Positions 1-9,323 of a DNA stretch of 64,000 bases are shown piece by piece. The notes beneath the pieces were generated by a model, which was given only the letters and a program-made list of their open reading frames with translations, was not told the origin of the DNA and made no database searches. Numbering within the stretch: the first letter of the stretch is position 1; each line of letters opens with the position of its first letter. The translations under genes were made by a program, and so were the position numbers. Source of the stretch: an uncultured virus (IMG/VR IMGVR_UViG_3300013233_000702) (taxonomy: Duplodnaviria; Heunggongvirae; Uroviricota; Caudoviricetes); the IMG/VR virus record IMGVR_UViG_3300013233_000702. One strand, given 5' to 3'.

Positions 1-34
1 TCGCAGTACGAGGTCAAGGAATATAGGAGGAGGC

Positions 35-355
35 ATGGCCAGAGCACCCGTCGTGCACAAAGATAACTATATGAACGCAGTGACGACGATACGGAAGGTT
101 GTCGGAATACTCGAGTCGAGCTCTCCGGACGTCAGGCTGGCCGTGAACAAGCTCCAGTCGGTCCTCGTCTCAATGGAGGGCTTCATCAAGTGCCCAAAGT
201 GCGGCTCCAAGGACGTTCTTATCGGCAACGGGGAGGACCCGAACCATTGTGCGGACTGCGGAGAGGAATGGGGCCCTCACGACCATTCCGGAGACGAGAA
301 GAAGGAAGAGAGAGGCCTGAGTGCGCGCCTGGACTCGGCCCTGGCGGACATATGA
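35..355 (+). CDS. hypothetical protein with Zn-ribbon (CPKC...CADC); may start at ATG 71
   Basis: ORF with AGGAGG RBS upstream; two CxxC pairs; CAAAGATA motif at 58-65 precedes the in-frame ATG at 71. Confidence 0.6.
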   Translation: MARAPVVHKDNYMNAVTTIRKVVGILESSSPDVRLAVNKLQSVLVSMEGFIKCPKCGSKDVLIGNGEDPNHCADCGEEWGPHDHSGDEKKEERGLSARLDSALADI

Positions 356-492
356 ACGATGGACCTGGCAGCAGGCATGCGTTGCCCGATGACGAACTCC
401 CCAGAATCGACCCAGAAGAGTTCGACAGGCTAGTAGATATGGTGGCCGAGGACTGCGCCAGGTTCGAGGTAGAGGAAGGCGAGCCTGACTAG
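352..492 (+). CDS. small acidic hypothetical protein
   Basis: ATG overlaps the stop of the previous ORF; MNDGPGSRHALPDDELPRIDPEEFDRLVDMVAED... Confidence 0.4.
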   Translation: MNDGPGSRHALPDDELPRIDPEEFDRLVDMVAEDCARFEVEEGEPD

Positions 493-500
493 GAGAACGC

Positions 501-1286
501 ATGAGCACCCTGTTCGCGCTATGTTCACGGATGGGGGACGTGCTCTGCGGCGTCCCGACCGCAGTCGAGCTGGCAAAGACCCACGACCTGCATTGGCTGA
601 CCCTCAAGAGATACTTTCCCCTCATTCCACCCGGCATCCTCCCGGTCGCAAGCCGCGAAACTCCACATGGCGAGATTCCGCGCGACGCGGGCAGCAGATA
701 TGACCGCGTGATAAACGCGCAGCCCATGTGGCACCACGACGAGTGGGTGAGGAGCAGGAAACACGTCCTCGAGCTGATACCGAAGTGGGCCGGAGTGATC
801 CCTCAGTCCAGGAGGATAACGGTCCACGTGCCGCCGACCACGGTATCGGCCGTGGACCAGCTCAAGCTCGCACCGAGATTCGTCGTAGTCTGCAATAGTC
901 CGTGCTATAGCTGCAACAACTGGCCTCCGCAGCACAGACAGAGGGTGGTCGACCACCTCCGTTCGCGCGGCCTGGAGGTGGTTACGGTCGGTGGCAGGGA
1001 TGGAATGCCCATGGCCCGATGTCGGAACCTCCACGGCAGGACGAACATGCTCGAGACCGTGGAGGTCGTGCACAGGGCAGTCCTCTATGTCGGCCCGGAC
1101 ACCGGCTGCACGTGGCTGGCCCAGGCGGCCCACGGCACGAAGAAGATATGCCTACTGGACAGGATGAGGTTCCGTCTAGGCGTGGTCGGGTTCGAGAAGT
1201 ATCTGGACGGCGACGAGACCAGGGACGTCCTGTACCAGGACCCATGGGGCAAGCTCGCAGACCTGATCTCGTGGGCGCTCCAGTAG
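501..1286 (+). CDS. glycosyltransferase family 9 (heptosyltransferase-like)
   Basis: N-terminal RMGDVLCGVP and C-terminal NLHGRTNMLETVEVV...VGPDTGCTWLAQA match the GT9 GD / D-[ST]-G motifs; AGGAG RBS. Confidence 0.7.
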   Translation: MSTLFALCSRMGDVLCGVPTAVELAKTHDLHWLTLKRYFPLIPPGILPVASRETPHGEIPRDAGSRYDRVINAQPMWHHDEWVRSRKHVLELIPKWAGVIPQSRRITVHVPPTTVSAVDQLKLAPRFVVVCNSPCYSCNNWPPQHRQRVVDHLRSRGLEVVTVGGRDGMPMARCRNLHGRTNMLETVEVVHRAVLYVGPDTGCTWLAQAAHGTKKICLLDRMRFRLGVVGFEKYLDGDETRDVLYQDPWGKLADLISWALQ

Positions 1287-1288
1287 TT

Positions 1289-1296
1289 CAAAGATA
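1289..1296 (+). promoter_or_regulatory. CAAAGATA motif (candidate phage promoter)
   Basis: intergenic, 25 nt before ATG 1322; recurs before many genes. Confidence 0.55.
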
Positions 1297-1321
1297 CGTG
1301 GTGAATCCACGGAGGACGACC

Positions 1322-1882
1322 ATGACCCTTGAAGAGACGTTGAACGACATCATGGGACGCAGGAAGCTCGAGGACGAGGACGGGCGTCTCAAGTGCCGGT
1401 CCGAGCTGAAGCCGGTCAAGGCCCGTCAGGAGCACATGGCACCCGTGCCGGGAGCCGAGAACAAGCCTCTGGACGTCAACGTCAACCTGCACCGGGAGAG
1501 GGTTCCGTTAAGCGACGATGTCCATGTCGACCAGACGGTCATCGGCGAGGCCAGAGACGACAAGGCCAGAGACGACGAGCGCGAGGACGACCTGATGCCG
1601 GACGACGAGGACCTGATGCCGGACGACGAGGACCTCATGCCGGACGACGAGGACCTCATGCCGGACGAAGGAGGAGAGGCGGAAGGAGAGAAGGAAGACG
1701 GCACGCCGCAGGGGAGCGGGTATGACCTCAAGATGGCAAAGGGACAGCTCGACGGAATCCTCGAGAAATGGATGGACATCGCAGGAACCTATCCGGACGG
1801 CTCTAAGCGCGACGAGTTCATGGAGATCGGAGAGAGGCTCCGCGAAATATCCGGGGTACTGCAGAGGGACTTCCTGGAATGA
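1322..1882 (+). CDS. acidic hypothetical protein with (DLMPDDE)x4 repeat
   Basis: GGAGG RBS then ATG 1322 (MTLEETLNDIM...) within ORF 1019..1882. Confidence 0.65.
   Translation: MTLEETLNDIMGRRKLEDEDGRLKCRSELKPVKARQEHMAPVPGAENKPLDVNVNLHRERVPLSDDVHVDQTVIGEARDDKARDDEREDDLMPDDEDLMPDDEDLMPDDEDLMPDEGGEAEGEKEDGTPQGSGYDLKMAKGQLDGILEKWMDIAGTYPDGSKRDEFMEIGERLREISGVLQRDFLE
1589..1669 (+). repeat. 21-bp in-frame tandem repeat x~4 (gacct[g/c]atgccggacgacgag)
   Basis: seen directly. Confidence 0.9.
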
Positions 1883-2754
1883 GATTCGAACAGTTCCTAC
1901 GGACGATCCTGCTGGACGAGGAAGAGGCAAGGAGGATCCCAGGCCTTCCGGCCTCGCGGGACCCGCTTGCCCCCATGCGCGACAAGCAAGAACTGTCCAT
2001 GGGCCTAGAGCGCGAAAAACCAACCGACCTCGGACAGGATGAGCTCGAAACCGGAAAGCCCCCACCCAGCCAGGACGCCAAGCCGGCTGCCAAGGACCGC
2101 TCGCTCAAGGACGAGCTAAAGGACACGGACCTAGACCTACTGGACCAGGAACCCGGTCAGGAGGAACCAGGCCAGGGAGAGGCTGGAGAGATCGCCGGGG
2201 AAGAGCCCACGGAGGAGAAGCCCACCTGGCAGTCGGTAAGCATACCGAACAAGAAGGACAGAGCCTACCGGCGGTCGGACGGCTTCATGCTCAGGATGCG
2301 CCCGGTCGAATCGGTGCCCGGCAAATGGATCGCACAGGTATGGAACGATGACAAGGTCCTCGACAAGGGCCAGTTAATGATACCGAAGGATGTAGACCCT
2401 GACGAATATGTCCAGAAGATGGCCGACTACATGCTGGACGGACGGTCAAACAGGTATGAACAGCAGAACGCACCGAGTGCCGCAGCAGCCAGCAGCCAAA
2501 CGGCGAACAAGGACAATAGCGGTCAGGAGGAAGCGGAAGGAAGCCCGTCAAAGAGCAAAGGTCCCGGAGGAACAGACCTGCTGAACCTGGACGCGGGCGA
2601 ATCGGACCTAGCACCCCCACCGGAAGAAGTAGGAACGGAAGAGGAAGGGGAAGAGGAAGAACAGAAAGAACAGGAAGAGGGGAAGGAAGAACAGGAAGAA
2701 CCACAAGACGAACTCGACCTAGACGACGAAGAGTTTCAGTTCGAAGAAGAATAG
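1879..2754 (+). CDS. highly acidic hypothetical protein (possible virion internal protein)
   Basis: 291-aa ORF, ATGA overlap with the previous gene; MRFEQFLRTILLDEEE N-terminus; Glu-rich tail. Confidence 0.7.
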   Translation: MRFEQFLRTILLDEEEARRIPGLPASRDPLAPMRDKQELSMGLEREKPTDLGQDELETGKPPPSQDAKPAAKDRSLKDELKDTDLDLLDQEPGQEEPGQGEAGEIAGEEPTEEKPTWQSVSIPNKKDRAYRRSDGFMLRMRPVESVPGKWIAQVWNDDKVLDKGQLMIPKDVDPDEYVQKMADYMLDGRSNRYEQQNAPSAAAASSQTANKDNSGQEEAEGSPSKSKGPGGTDLLNLDAGESDLAPPPEEVGTEEEGEEEEQKEQEEGKEEQEEPQDELDLDDEEFQFEEE

Positions 2755-2759
2755 CAGGA

Positions 2760-4805
2760 CTAGGCGACCCTCGAGAACGCCTCGCTGACCACCCCGCTGT
2801 CCACTCCCTCCAGAAGCGCCCGCCTCATTGCAGCCTCCAGCAGCTCCAGGACCACGTCCCCGACCCCCTCGGATAGGACCTCCATTGCGGCATCCCTCAT
2901 CTTCAACAAGCCATTAACCGCAAGCCTCGCATCGATCCCATGGACGTCGTCCAGGCGCAAACCACTAGCTCGGGCAGCCCGCCTCTTCTCGCGTTCCTGC
3001 CGGGCCAGCTTATCGGCTGCCTTCTTGAGCTTCGTCATGGCCCTACCAGCCAGCTGGCCAGCCCGTTGCCTGCCGACGCCTATAGCCTGGGCCACGTCGG
3101 TCGGCCCCCTGGCCACGAGCGGGACCTCGTGCTTGATCTTGCTCCTGGGGTCGGTCAGGACGACCCCCTTACCGGCGTTCGTCCTGCGGAGCTGGCCCTT
3201 GCCTCTCATGGCCTTCTTGGCCTCGGGATATGGGTCCGTGATACCAGCCTGTTCGCCAGGCTTGCGTTCCTCCGGCTCTTCTTCTCCGGGACCAAAGGCC
3301 TTCTCTGACCTAAATGAGGGTCCGGTGACGGTGGCTGCTGGCACGTCCAGGCCGAACATCTTTTCGACCACCTCCCTCTCGCGGTCCGAGAGGTCCGCCA
3401 TGGACATGAGCTTCTCGGCGGTGTCCTTGGTCATGGTGATCTTGGCCGGGCCACGCACGCTCGTCCCCTTCAGGGTGCTGCCGAGCTCGGTCTCCCCGCC
3501 GCCGGCCCCGCGTATCTTGGCGGCCGTGGAGGCCATATTCGAGCGGCGGTCCCTTACTGCAGCAACCCGTCCGGAGGCCCTGACCTGCTTTGCCATGTCT
3601 CTGGCGGCCTTGTAGGCCGGGTCGTCAGAGCGCCTTGCGGAACCCTTCATCTTCTCGACTTCGCTCGGGAAGTGCTTCATCTTGACGGTGCCGTCCTCAT
3701 CGTAGAAGTAGACGTCGTAACCCACGACTGGACCCTTGCTACGGAAGGTGCCGGGACCTGCTACGCCCATCTTCTTACGGGCCGCCTTCTCTTCCGGATC
3801 CTCCCATTCGCTGCCCTTTATGACGCCACCGGTGAGGGCGGCGCGCCTGATCTCGCCCTGGATATGCCTCCACGCGTGGTGCGCAAATGGAGCATCCGCC
3901 TTGTCCGTCCGGACAGCATTGATCACACCTATCGCGCCGTGCTGCATCAGGTCATCGATGGAATTCTTGCCAGAGACGTACTTCCAGGCTAGGTGCCTGA
4001 TCCATGGCTTCAGTGTGTTGATGAGCTCAGCCATGGTCCAGTCACCCTCTGGATTGTACGACTTGAGACGATTGCGCATCCCACGGATGTTCTTGAGGGC
4101 CTCGATGGACTTGCTGTTGTCGACCGCCTTTACCTCCCACTCGTCGATGTCGAGCTCGGGGTCCTCCATCGACATGTCGGCGAGGGCGGCATGAGCGTCC
4201 GCCTGGGTGTAGACCAGCTTGCCGTCGATCTTGAGGGGCATCTTCCGGCCGGTTATCTTGTTAACGGCGATGTACACGTCGTCGCCGACGAACTTACGGC
4301 GAGGCTTCTTGGCCCTCGCCTCGCGCCTCTTGCGGTAGTACTCATCCTTCTCATCGTCGGTCCACCCGAGGAAGTCTGGCTTGCCGGCGGCCTGCCGGGC
4401 CTGCAATGGCGTCTGCCTGGCGAAGGTCTTGGGCCCCTTTCCAGGAGCGGGACCAACCATGGTGGGCTTGCGGGAAGCAGCCATGCTCCGTCTTGGCGCG
4501 ATCGCGCCCACCTCCTGGGCGTACATGCGCGCCTCCTTGCGCGCGGTACGCATCAAGTCGTCAATGAAGCCTGCATAGGCTGGGTCGTCGCGGTGGTTTA
4601 TGACCGTGACGAGGCCCTGGTTGTACAGTTCCCTGGATATAGCCTTCAGGGCGTTCCAGAACTGCTTCTTGCTGTTCGTGTACGCTACGGTCCCGAGCAG
4701 GTCCGGATCGGCAGAGATCCACTCGTGCCGCTCCAGCACCTTCGGATCCATAGCCTCCAGGATAGATGGCCCGAACAACGCTTCATCAAGTCTGTGCTCA
4801 AGCAT
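2760..4805 (-). CDS. sigma-70-like RNA polymerase sigma factor with large insertions
   Basis: region-2-like LKPWIRHLAWKY...DDLMQHGAIGVINAVRTD...FAHHAWRHIQGEIRRA; region-4-like LSDREREVVEKMFGL...TDVAQAIGVGRQRAGQLAGRAMTKLK; start 4805 chosen for its GGAG RBS (ORF open to 4856). Confidence 0.7.
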   Translation of the reverse strand: MLEHRLDEALFGPSILEAMDPKVLERHEWISADPDLLGTVAYTNSKKQFWNALKAISRELYNQGLVTVINHRDDPAYAGFIDDLMRTARKEARMYAQEVGAIAPRRSMAASRKPTMVGPAPGKGPKTFARQTPLQARQAAGKPDFLGWTDDEKDEYYRKRREARAKKPRRKFVGDDVYIAVNKITGRKMPLKIDGKLVYTQADAHAALADMSMEDPELDIDEWEVKAVDNSKSIEALKNIRGMRNRLKSYNPEGDWTMAELINTLKPWIRHLAWKYVSGKNSIDDLMQHGAIGVINAVRTDKADAPFAHHAWRHIQGEIRRAALTGGVIKGSEWEDPEEKAARKKMGVAGPGTFRSKGPVVGYDVYFYDEDGTVKMKHFPSEVEKMKGSARRSDDPAYKAARDMAKQVRASGRVAAVRDRRSNMASTAAKIRGAGGGETELGSTLKGTSVRGPAKITMTKDTAEKLMSMADLSDREREVVEKMFGLDVPAATVTGPSFRSEKAFGPGEEEPEERKPGEQAGITDPYPEAKKAMRGKGQLRRTNAGKGVVLTDPRSKIKHEVPLVARGPTDVAQAIGVGRQRAGQLAGRAMTKLKKAADKLARQEREKRRAARASGLRLDDVHGIDARLAVNGLLKMRDAAMEVLSEGVGDVVLELLEAAMRRALLEGVDSGVVSEAFSRVA

Positions 4806-4835
4806 GTCTGCTGTGCTCCGTGACCGCGCGTACAG

Positions 4836-4857
4836 TATCTTTGACTGTTCAAACATA
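4836..4857. promoter_or_regulatory. divergent pair of motifs: CAAAGATA (- strand, 4836-4843) and CAAACATA (+ strand, 4850-4857)
   Basis: back-to-back copies between the divergent sigma-like and kinase-like genes. Confidence 0.55.
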
Positions 4858-4873
4858 TCCTGGGAGAACCTTC

Positions 4874-5596
4874 ATGGACAGCGTGACCATCATAGCAGAG
4901 ACAATGGACCGGAGCAGTGGAGGACTACTGTACGAGGATGCGAACCTGATCCACACCCTAGCAAGGAAGTTCAGGACACTGCCAGCAGTCCTCTCCCAAC
5001 ATGGCGCGCACATGGACAAGCTCAAGATGATCGGACAAGCCGACAAGGGGACCGCATACAGCGACGGAGACCTGGTTGTCAAGGTCACTGAGGACGCCAA
5101 GGAAGCCAGGGCCTCCGCGCACGTCGCCGCAGGCAATGGGGTCGACGGCGTCAACCAGATACTCTACGTCGGAGAGTTCGCGGAGCCCATAGAGTACCAG
5201 GAACCGACCGACGACGAGCCCATAGAGACCCAATACTACCTGATAATCCAGGACAAGCTGAACACCAGGCTGTCTCCAATGGAGAAGGACATGGCCCACG
5301 TAATGGGCGACTTCCTAGCCACCAACTACCGCAGGCTCAAATGGCCCCTGGACCACGACCGCATAAAGTCCATCCTATACTGGATACAGCTCCAGAAGAC
5401 CGGCAGGAACTACGTGAGCCCAAAGATGGACAGGATGCTCGACCAGCTCCTGGACGCCGTGGAGCAGCTCCGGGAGCACGGCGTCGAATTCTTCGACGTT
5501 GGCGGAAACGTCGGCAAGGACGAGCTCGGCAACTACGTCCTGTTCGACCTCGGCGTCGGAAAGTCAGGTCCGATACGCATGGACGAGATATCCTGA
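4874..5596 (+). CDS. protein-kinase-like fold protein (degenerate motifs)
   Basis: IGQADKGTAY...VVKVT (Gly-loop/VAIK-like), HGVEFFDVGGNVG (catalytic-loop-like), YVLFDLG (DFG-like). Confidence 0.55.
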   Translation: MDSVTIIAETMDRSSGGLLYEDANLIHTLARKFRTLPAVLSQHGAHMDKLKMIGQADKGTAYSDGDLVVKVTEDAKEARASAHVAAGNGVDGVNQILYVGEFAEPIEYQEPTDDEPIETQYYLIIQDKLNTRLSPMEKDMAHVMGDFLATNYRRLKWPLDHDRIKSILYWIQLQKTGRNYVSPKMDRMLDQLLDAVEQLREHGVEFFDVGGNVGKDELGNYVLFDLGVGKSGPIRMDEIS

Positions 5597-5636
5597 CGTA
5601 TTTGAACGGCACGCGACCAACAAGGAGGGGGCGTGC

Positions 5637-5861
5637 ATGAAGGGGACAGCGATAGGATTCGCACCGGACGGGAAGGACATAATCTGCTGCCACTGCTACG
5701 ACGAGATACTCTCCGGACACCAGATGCCGGAACTGCTAATAGCAGTCACGAGACCATGCCGCATAATGAAGAAGGAGGACAGGTGCGCAACGTGCGAACG
5801 GCCATACAACACGAAGGAATCACTCGCCGCAGCGAAGAGAATAGCCAAGAAATGGCTTTAA
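5637..5861 (+). CDS. small Cys-rich (Zn-finger) hypothetical protein
   Basis: AGGAGG RBS; CCHC...CATC. Confidence 0.55.
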   Translation: MKGTAIGFAPDGKDIICCHCYDEILSGHQMPELLIAVTRPCRIMKKEDRCATCERPYNTKESLAAAKRIAKKWL

Positions 5862-5930
5862 GATACGTCGGCTGCACGGTGAGGAACGAGAGGACGGTCA
5901 TCTTTAGGACCGTGCCCAGAGACTGGACGC

Positions 5931-6428
5931 CTACTTGCGCCTCGACCTCGGAACATACTTCACCGCCAAACCCTCCTTCAACAGCTTGTCGTTCAGGTTG
6001 ACCAGTTCCTCGTCCCCATACCAGACCTCTGCAAGATAGCGCCCGAAGCTGTCCACGCGGTCCGACTCCACCATGATCCGCTTCGCCCCCTCCAGCTTGC
6101 TCTTCACGAACTCCCTTGCCTTCCTGGCCTTGCTCTTGCTCTCCTCCGTGCCGCCACGAAGCTCGGGAGTGTCCACCCTGAGGAGGCGGAAGGTCTCCTC
6201 CACGCTCACCCGGAAGCCGAGCTTGACCGTCATCACGACGGTGTCACCGTCGATCACGCGCACCAGGCTGGCCCTATAGGACCTTGTGGGCTTCGGATGG
6301 TCCCCAGCGACCGTGGGCGCAGGAGCTTGGACCCTCTCGAGCACGTTCGGTGCCTTGCAGGCGCTCATGAGGATCATCGTTCCGGCGACGAACGAGGTCA
6401 GTCCTGCCAAGTATCTCATTGTCCTCAT
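5931..6428 (-). CDS. thermonuclease (SNase-like) with lipoprotein-like signal
   Basis: VRVIDGDTV, RLLRVDTPE, DSFGRYLAEV, NLNDKLLKEGLA; hydrophobic N-terminus ending ILMSAC. Confidence 0.85.
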   Translation of the reverse strand: MRTMRYLAGLTSFVAGTMILMSACKAPNVLERVQAPAPTVAGDHPKPTRSYRASLVRVIDGDTVVMTVKLGFRVSVEETFRLLRVDTPELRGGTEESKSKARKAREFVKSKLEGAKRIMVESDRVDSFGRYLAEVWYGDEELVNLNDKLLKEGLAVKYVPRSRRK

Positions 6429-7582
6429 GGCTTCCTCCTGTAGTATGTCCTGTCTATTCCGACGTAGCTGGGCTGGTCGGCACCGTCCCGGTACGCTCCG
6501 TGACCTAGCCGTGCCGCCCCTGCGTAGTGGCAGTCGCGCATCTCGTCCGGCACTGCCGGGACGTATCCGTCGGCAATGTCCTTCTTCGCCGCGCAGGCCG
6601 CAGAGATGCCGCGCTTGTCCCTCGGAGCCGAGGCCGTGAGCAGGATCGCCTGGGCAAGCAGGATGTCGCATTCCGGCCTGCCTATCTTTTCCGCAGCCAG
6701 ATAGGCCGCATGGGCCACGCAGGTGCACATGGGCGTCCCAAAGGCGTCCTCGCTCGCCGACACCAGCACCCTCCGGGCCACGTGCCTCGGATCCTCCCCG
6801 GCCTCCAGCCACCGCATGGCCCAGTAGATCGCCGCGTCCGGGTCTGACGCCTGGATGGCACCCTGCATCCCGGACGCGTAGTCGTACCTCTCCGTCTGGC
6901 CTAGACGCAGCTGGACTCCTGGGCATGCCCGCCGGACGTCCTCGATGCCGACCTCGTCCCCATCCGTCAGGTCCGCAGCGACCTCCACCATGCCGATCAC
7001 CGCCCGTCCGTCGCCACAGCAGGACTTCAGGACGTGTGCCACGGCATCGTCGGTCATGGTGATGCTCCGACCGTCCTCCCGGTAGGTCCTGATGCACCTT
7101 GCGATCAGCTTGACCAGGTCCTTTTCCCCCAGTGGTCTGAGCTCAAGGACGAGGCACCTGGACAACAGGGAAGTCCTGACGCTGTGGTATGGGTTCTCGG
7201 TGGTCGCTCCGACGAGGACTATGGCTCCATCCTCGACGTACGGGAGCAGAACGTCCTGCTGGACGCTGCTGAACCTGTGTATCTCGTCGACGAAGAGGAC
7301 AGCCTGTTCGTTCCTCTTGGTGGCCGAGTCTCCGACCTTGCGCACGTCGGAGACCTTGGCGGAGGTTGCATTGAGGCGAATGAAGGACGCCCCGACGGTG
7401 TTCGCCAGGACGCCGGCGATGGAGGTCTTTCCCGTTCCAGCCGGGCCGAACAATATCATGGACCTGGGTCGACCCGATGAGAGCACGCGGTGCAGGACCT
7501 TGCCCTCGCTCAGGAGATGGTCCTGGCCAACAAGCTGATCAACCGTTCCGGGCCGCAGTCTCCTGGCCAGCGGTATGTGCAC
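6425..7582 (-). CDS. rarA: replication-associated recombination protein A (RarA/MgsA AAA+ ATPase)
   Basis: PLARRLRP..VGQDHLL, Walker A GPAGTGKTS, LFVDEIHRF, GATTENP, LLSRC, SDPDAAIYW, ASED; GTG start with AAGGAGGAG RBS. Confidence 0.9.
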   Translation of the reverse strand: MHIPLARRLRPGTVDQLVGQDHLLSEGKVLHRVLSSGRPRSMILFGPAGTGKTSIAGVLANTVGASFIRLNATSAKVSDVRKVGDSATKRNEQAVLFVDEIHRFSSVQQDVLLPYVEDGAIVLVGATTENPYHSVRTSLLSRCLVLELRPLGEKDLVKLIARCIRTYREDGRSITMTDDAVAHVLKSCCGDGRAVIGMVEVAADLTDGDEVGIEDVRRACPGVQLRLGQTERYDYASGMQGAIQASDPDAAIYWAMRWLEAGEDPRHVARRVLVSASEDAFGTPMCTCVAHAAYLAAEKIGRPECDILLAQAILLTASAPRDKRGISAACAAKKDIADGYVPAVPDEMRDCHYAGAARLGHGAYRDGADQPSYVGIDRTYYRRKP

Positions 7583-9017
7583 TTGGCTCCTCCTTGCTGG
7601 TCTGGACGGTACTACGGTCGGACGGTCCGTCAACCTTATTCATCTTCCTGAGCTTCCTTCCCAGGCGGGCCTGGTCCACCCGCTCGGCCCTGCGCTCGAG
7701 CATGAGCTGGTGCCTCTCTGCGAGTGCTGAGGAATTGTGTCCGAGGAAGTCCACCGAGAGGTGGCCGTGCCGGTGCAGTCTGCTGCGGTGAAGGAGCGAG
7801 AGAAGACCCGCCCCGCGCATGGCGCGCGGGGAGACCGTGCGGAACAGCTTCTTGCGGAACTTGTTCTTCCTGAGGACCGCGCAGGCGACGGCTTCCAATA
7901 GGAGCCTGTCCACGTTGCGGAGCTGCACCTCGTCGTCGACGTGCTGTAGGTAGTAGTCGACTATCGCGGCACGCCTGAGCCGTCCAGTGGTCACGCCGTT
8001 GACTATCCGTACCACCTCCTTGAGCCGTCCGTCCAGGCCATCTGCCTTGTTGACGGCACTCCTGTTCAGGCGGAGGGCACGGCGATACAGGTGCATTACC
8101 TTGCGCTGCTTAGCGACGGACAGCTTGATGCGTCCGTCGTTGATGAACTCCAGCCCGAGGTGCGAAACGGCCCGGACGGTCTCGAATCCCGGAGTAGGCT
8201 GGAAGGAGAGGTTATGGGAGTGGCTTGGCTTGTAGTCGAGCCTAAGCTCTGCTATTCCATCGTCCAGGGTCCTTGCGGCCTCCAGGGTCCTCTCCGGATC
8301 CTCTCCGACAAGCAGAAAGTCGTCTGCGTATCGGAAGTATCTGGTCCCGGCCGACATCATTCTCTTGTCGAGGTCCGTCATGTATACGTTGGCCAGGACA
8401 CACGCCATGGATGATCCGAATGGAACGCCTATACTGGCCTTCTGGACGTCCTCTCCTTCGTGGACGTACTCGAACCTGATCCTCTGCTCGATGAGGCGGT
8501 AGAGATAGTCGTTCCTGTCCACGATGGTGGCCAGCTTGTCCATCAGGATACCGTGGTCTATGCTGTAGAAGAACTGGGTGACGTCGCGCTTGATGAAGTA
8601 TCGCCCGGTGCGCATGGCCCTGGCTATGCCGTTGACGCAGCTGTTGAGGCTAACGCCTTCAGTGCGATATGCGTAGCTGCCCTTGGCGAACCATCCGTGC
8701 AGCAACCGGCATAGGCATTCGTTGAGCCATCGCTCGACCACCTTATCGTGCCACGTTGAGAGCCAGACCTTCCTGATTCGATCCCTCTTGGTGCGCATGT
8801 GGACCAAGCGCATTGGGCTGAAGCAGAGGGTCCCCTCGGACACTTCCTTACGTATTTCGGCGACTCTCTTGGAGAGTCTGTCGGCGAACTCCCAGAAGGT
8901 CTTGCCGTCTGTGGAGGTGACGTAGGCCTTGCGTGGGTTGAAGGCTACGTTAGTGGAGAGGTCGAGGGCGGACTGTTCTATGGCGCGGTGTCTGAGACAC
9001 TTTTCTATGGTTATCAT
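7539..9017 (-). CDS. reverse transcriptase (YADD), non-canonical, group II-like/UG-type
   Basis: RT motifs: DKVVERWL, SYAYR, FIKRDVTQFFYSIDH, GVPFGSSMACVLANVYM, YFRYADDFLL, HLGLEF; maturase-like thumb DYYL...QLRNVDRLL. Confidence 0.93.
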   Translation of the reverse strand: MITIEKCLRHRAIEQSALDLSTNVAFNPRKAYVTSTDGKTFWEFADRLSKRVAEIRKEVSEGTLCFSPMRLVHMRTKRDRIRKVWLSTWHDKVVERWLNECLCRLLHGWFAKGSYAYRTEGVSLNSCVNGIARAMRTGRYFIKRDVTQFFYSIDHGILMDKLATIVDRNDYLYRLIEQRIRFEYVHEGEDVQKASIGVPFGSSMACVLANVYMTDLDKRMMSAGTRYFRYADDFLLVGEDPERTLEAARTLDDGIAELRLDYKPSHSHNLSFQPTPGFETVRAVSHLGLEFINDGRIKLSVAKQRKVMHLYRRALRLNRSAVNKADGLDGRLKEVVRIVNGVTTGRLRRAAIVDYYLQHVDDEVQLRNVDRLLLEAVACAVLRKNKFRKKLFRTVSPRAMRGAGLLSLLHRSRLHRHGHLSVDFLGHNSSALAERHQLMLERRAERVDQARLGRKLRKMNKVDGPSDRSTVQTSKEEPSAHTAGQETAARNG

Positions 9018-9169
9018 ATTGGACGCCCGGACAGGTAACGTGCCGGATCCTGTCCGGCACTTTGTTTCACCTATCTACCAAGCAGTGTCCGCCTCAGGAC
9101 ATAACGTGATCTGCCTGGCTTATTGGTTCGGAGGCAGGTCCTCTAGGACCTTGCGTCCGGGCGTCCAAT
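9018..9169 (-). ncRNA. candidate RT-associated structured RNA, unit C
   Basis: perfect 15-bp inverted repeat ATTGGACGCCCGGAC (9018-9032) / GTCCGGGCGTCCAAT (9155-9169); internal hairpins 9040-9060, 9085-9102, 9108-9140, 9136-9151; abuts the RT ATG. Confidence 0.75.
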
Positions 9170-9174
9170 GATGA

Positions 9175-9323
9175 ACCAGTGGGTCAGTAACACGGCTACG
9201 ACATTCTGTCGTGGATTAACATCTATGCCCCACACCATCGTCTGCCATCCTGAAGCATTTACACGTCAACGATGGCCAAGGGCACGAGGGCAGAACCATG
9301 AAGGTCCTGGACGACCCACTGGT
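9175..9323 (-). ncRNA. candidate RT-associated structured RNA, unit B
   Basis: perfect 11-bp inverted repeat ACCAGTGGGTC (9175-9185) / GACCCACTGGT (9313-9323); internal stems 9196-9214, 9235-9241/9269-9275, 9291-9309; homologous to unit A. Confidence 0.75.

Noticed and set aside
9018..9169. Canonical single-msr/msd retron
   Set aside because: The architecture is retron-like, but the RT lacks NAxxH and VTG motifs and there are three RNA units. It is reported as a distinct candidate system instead.
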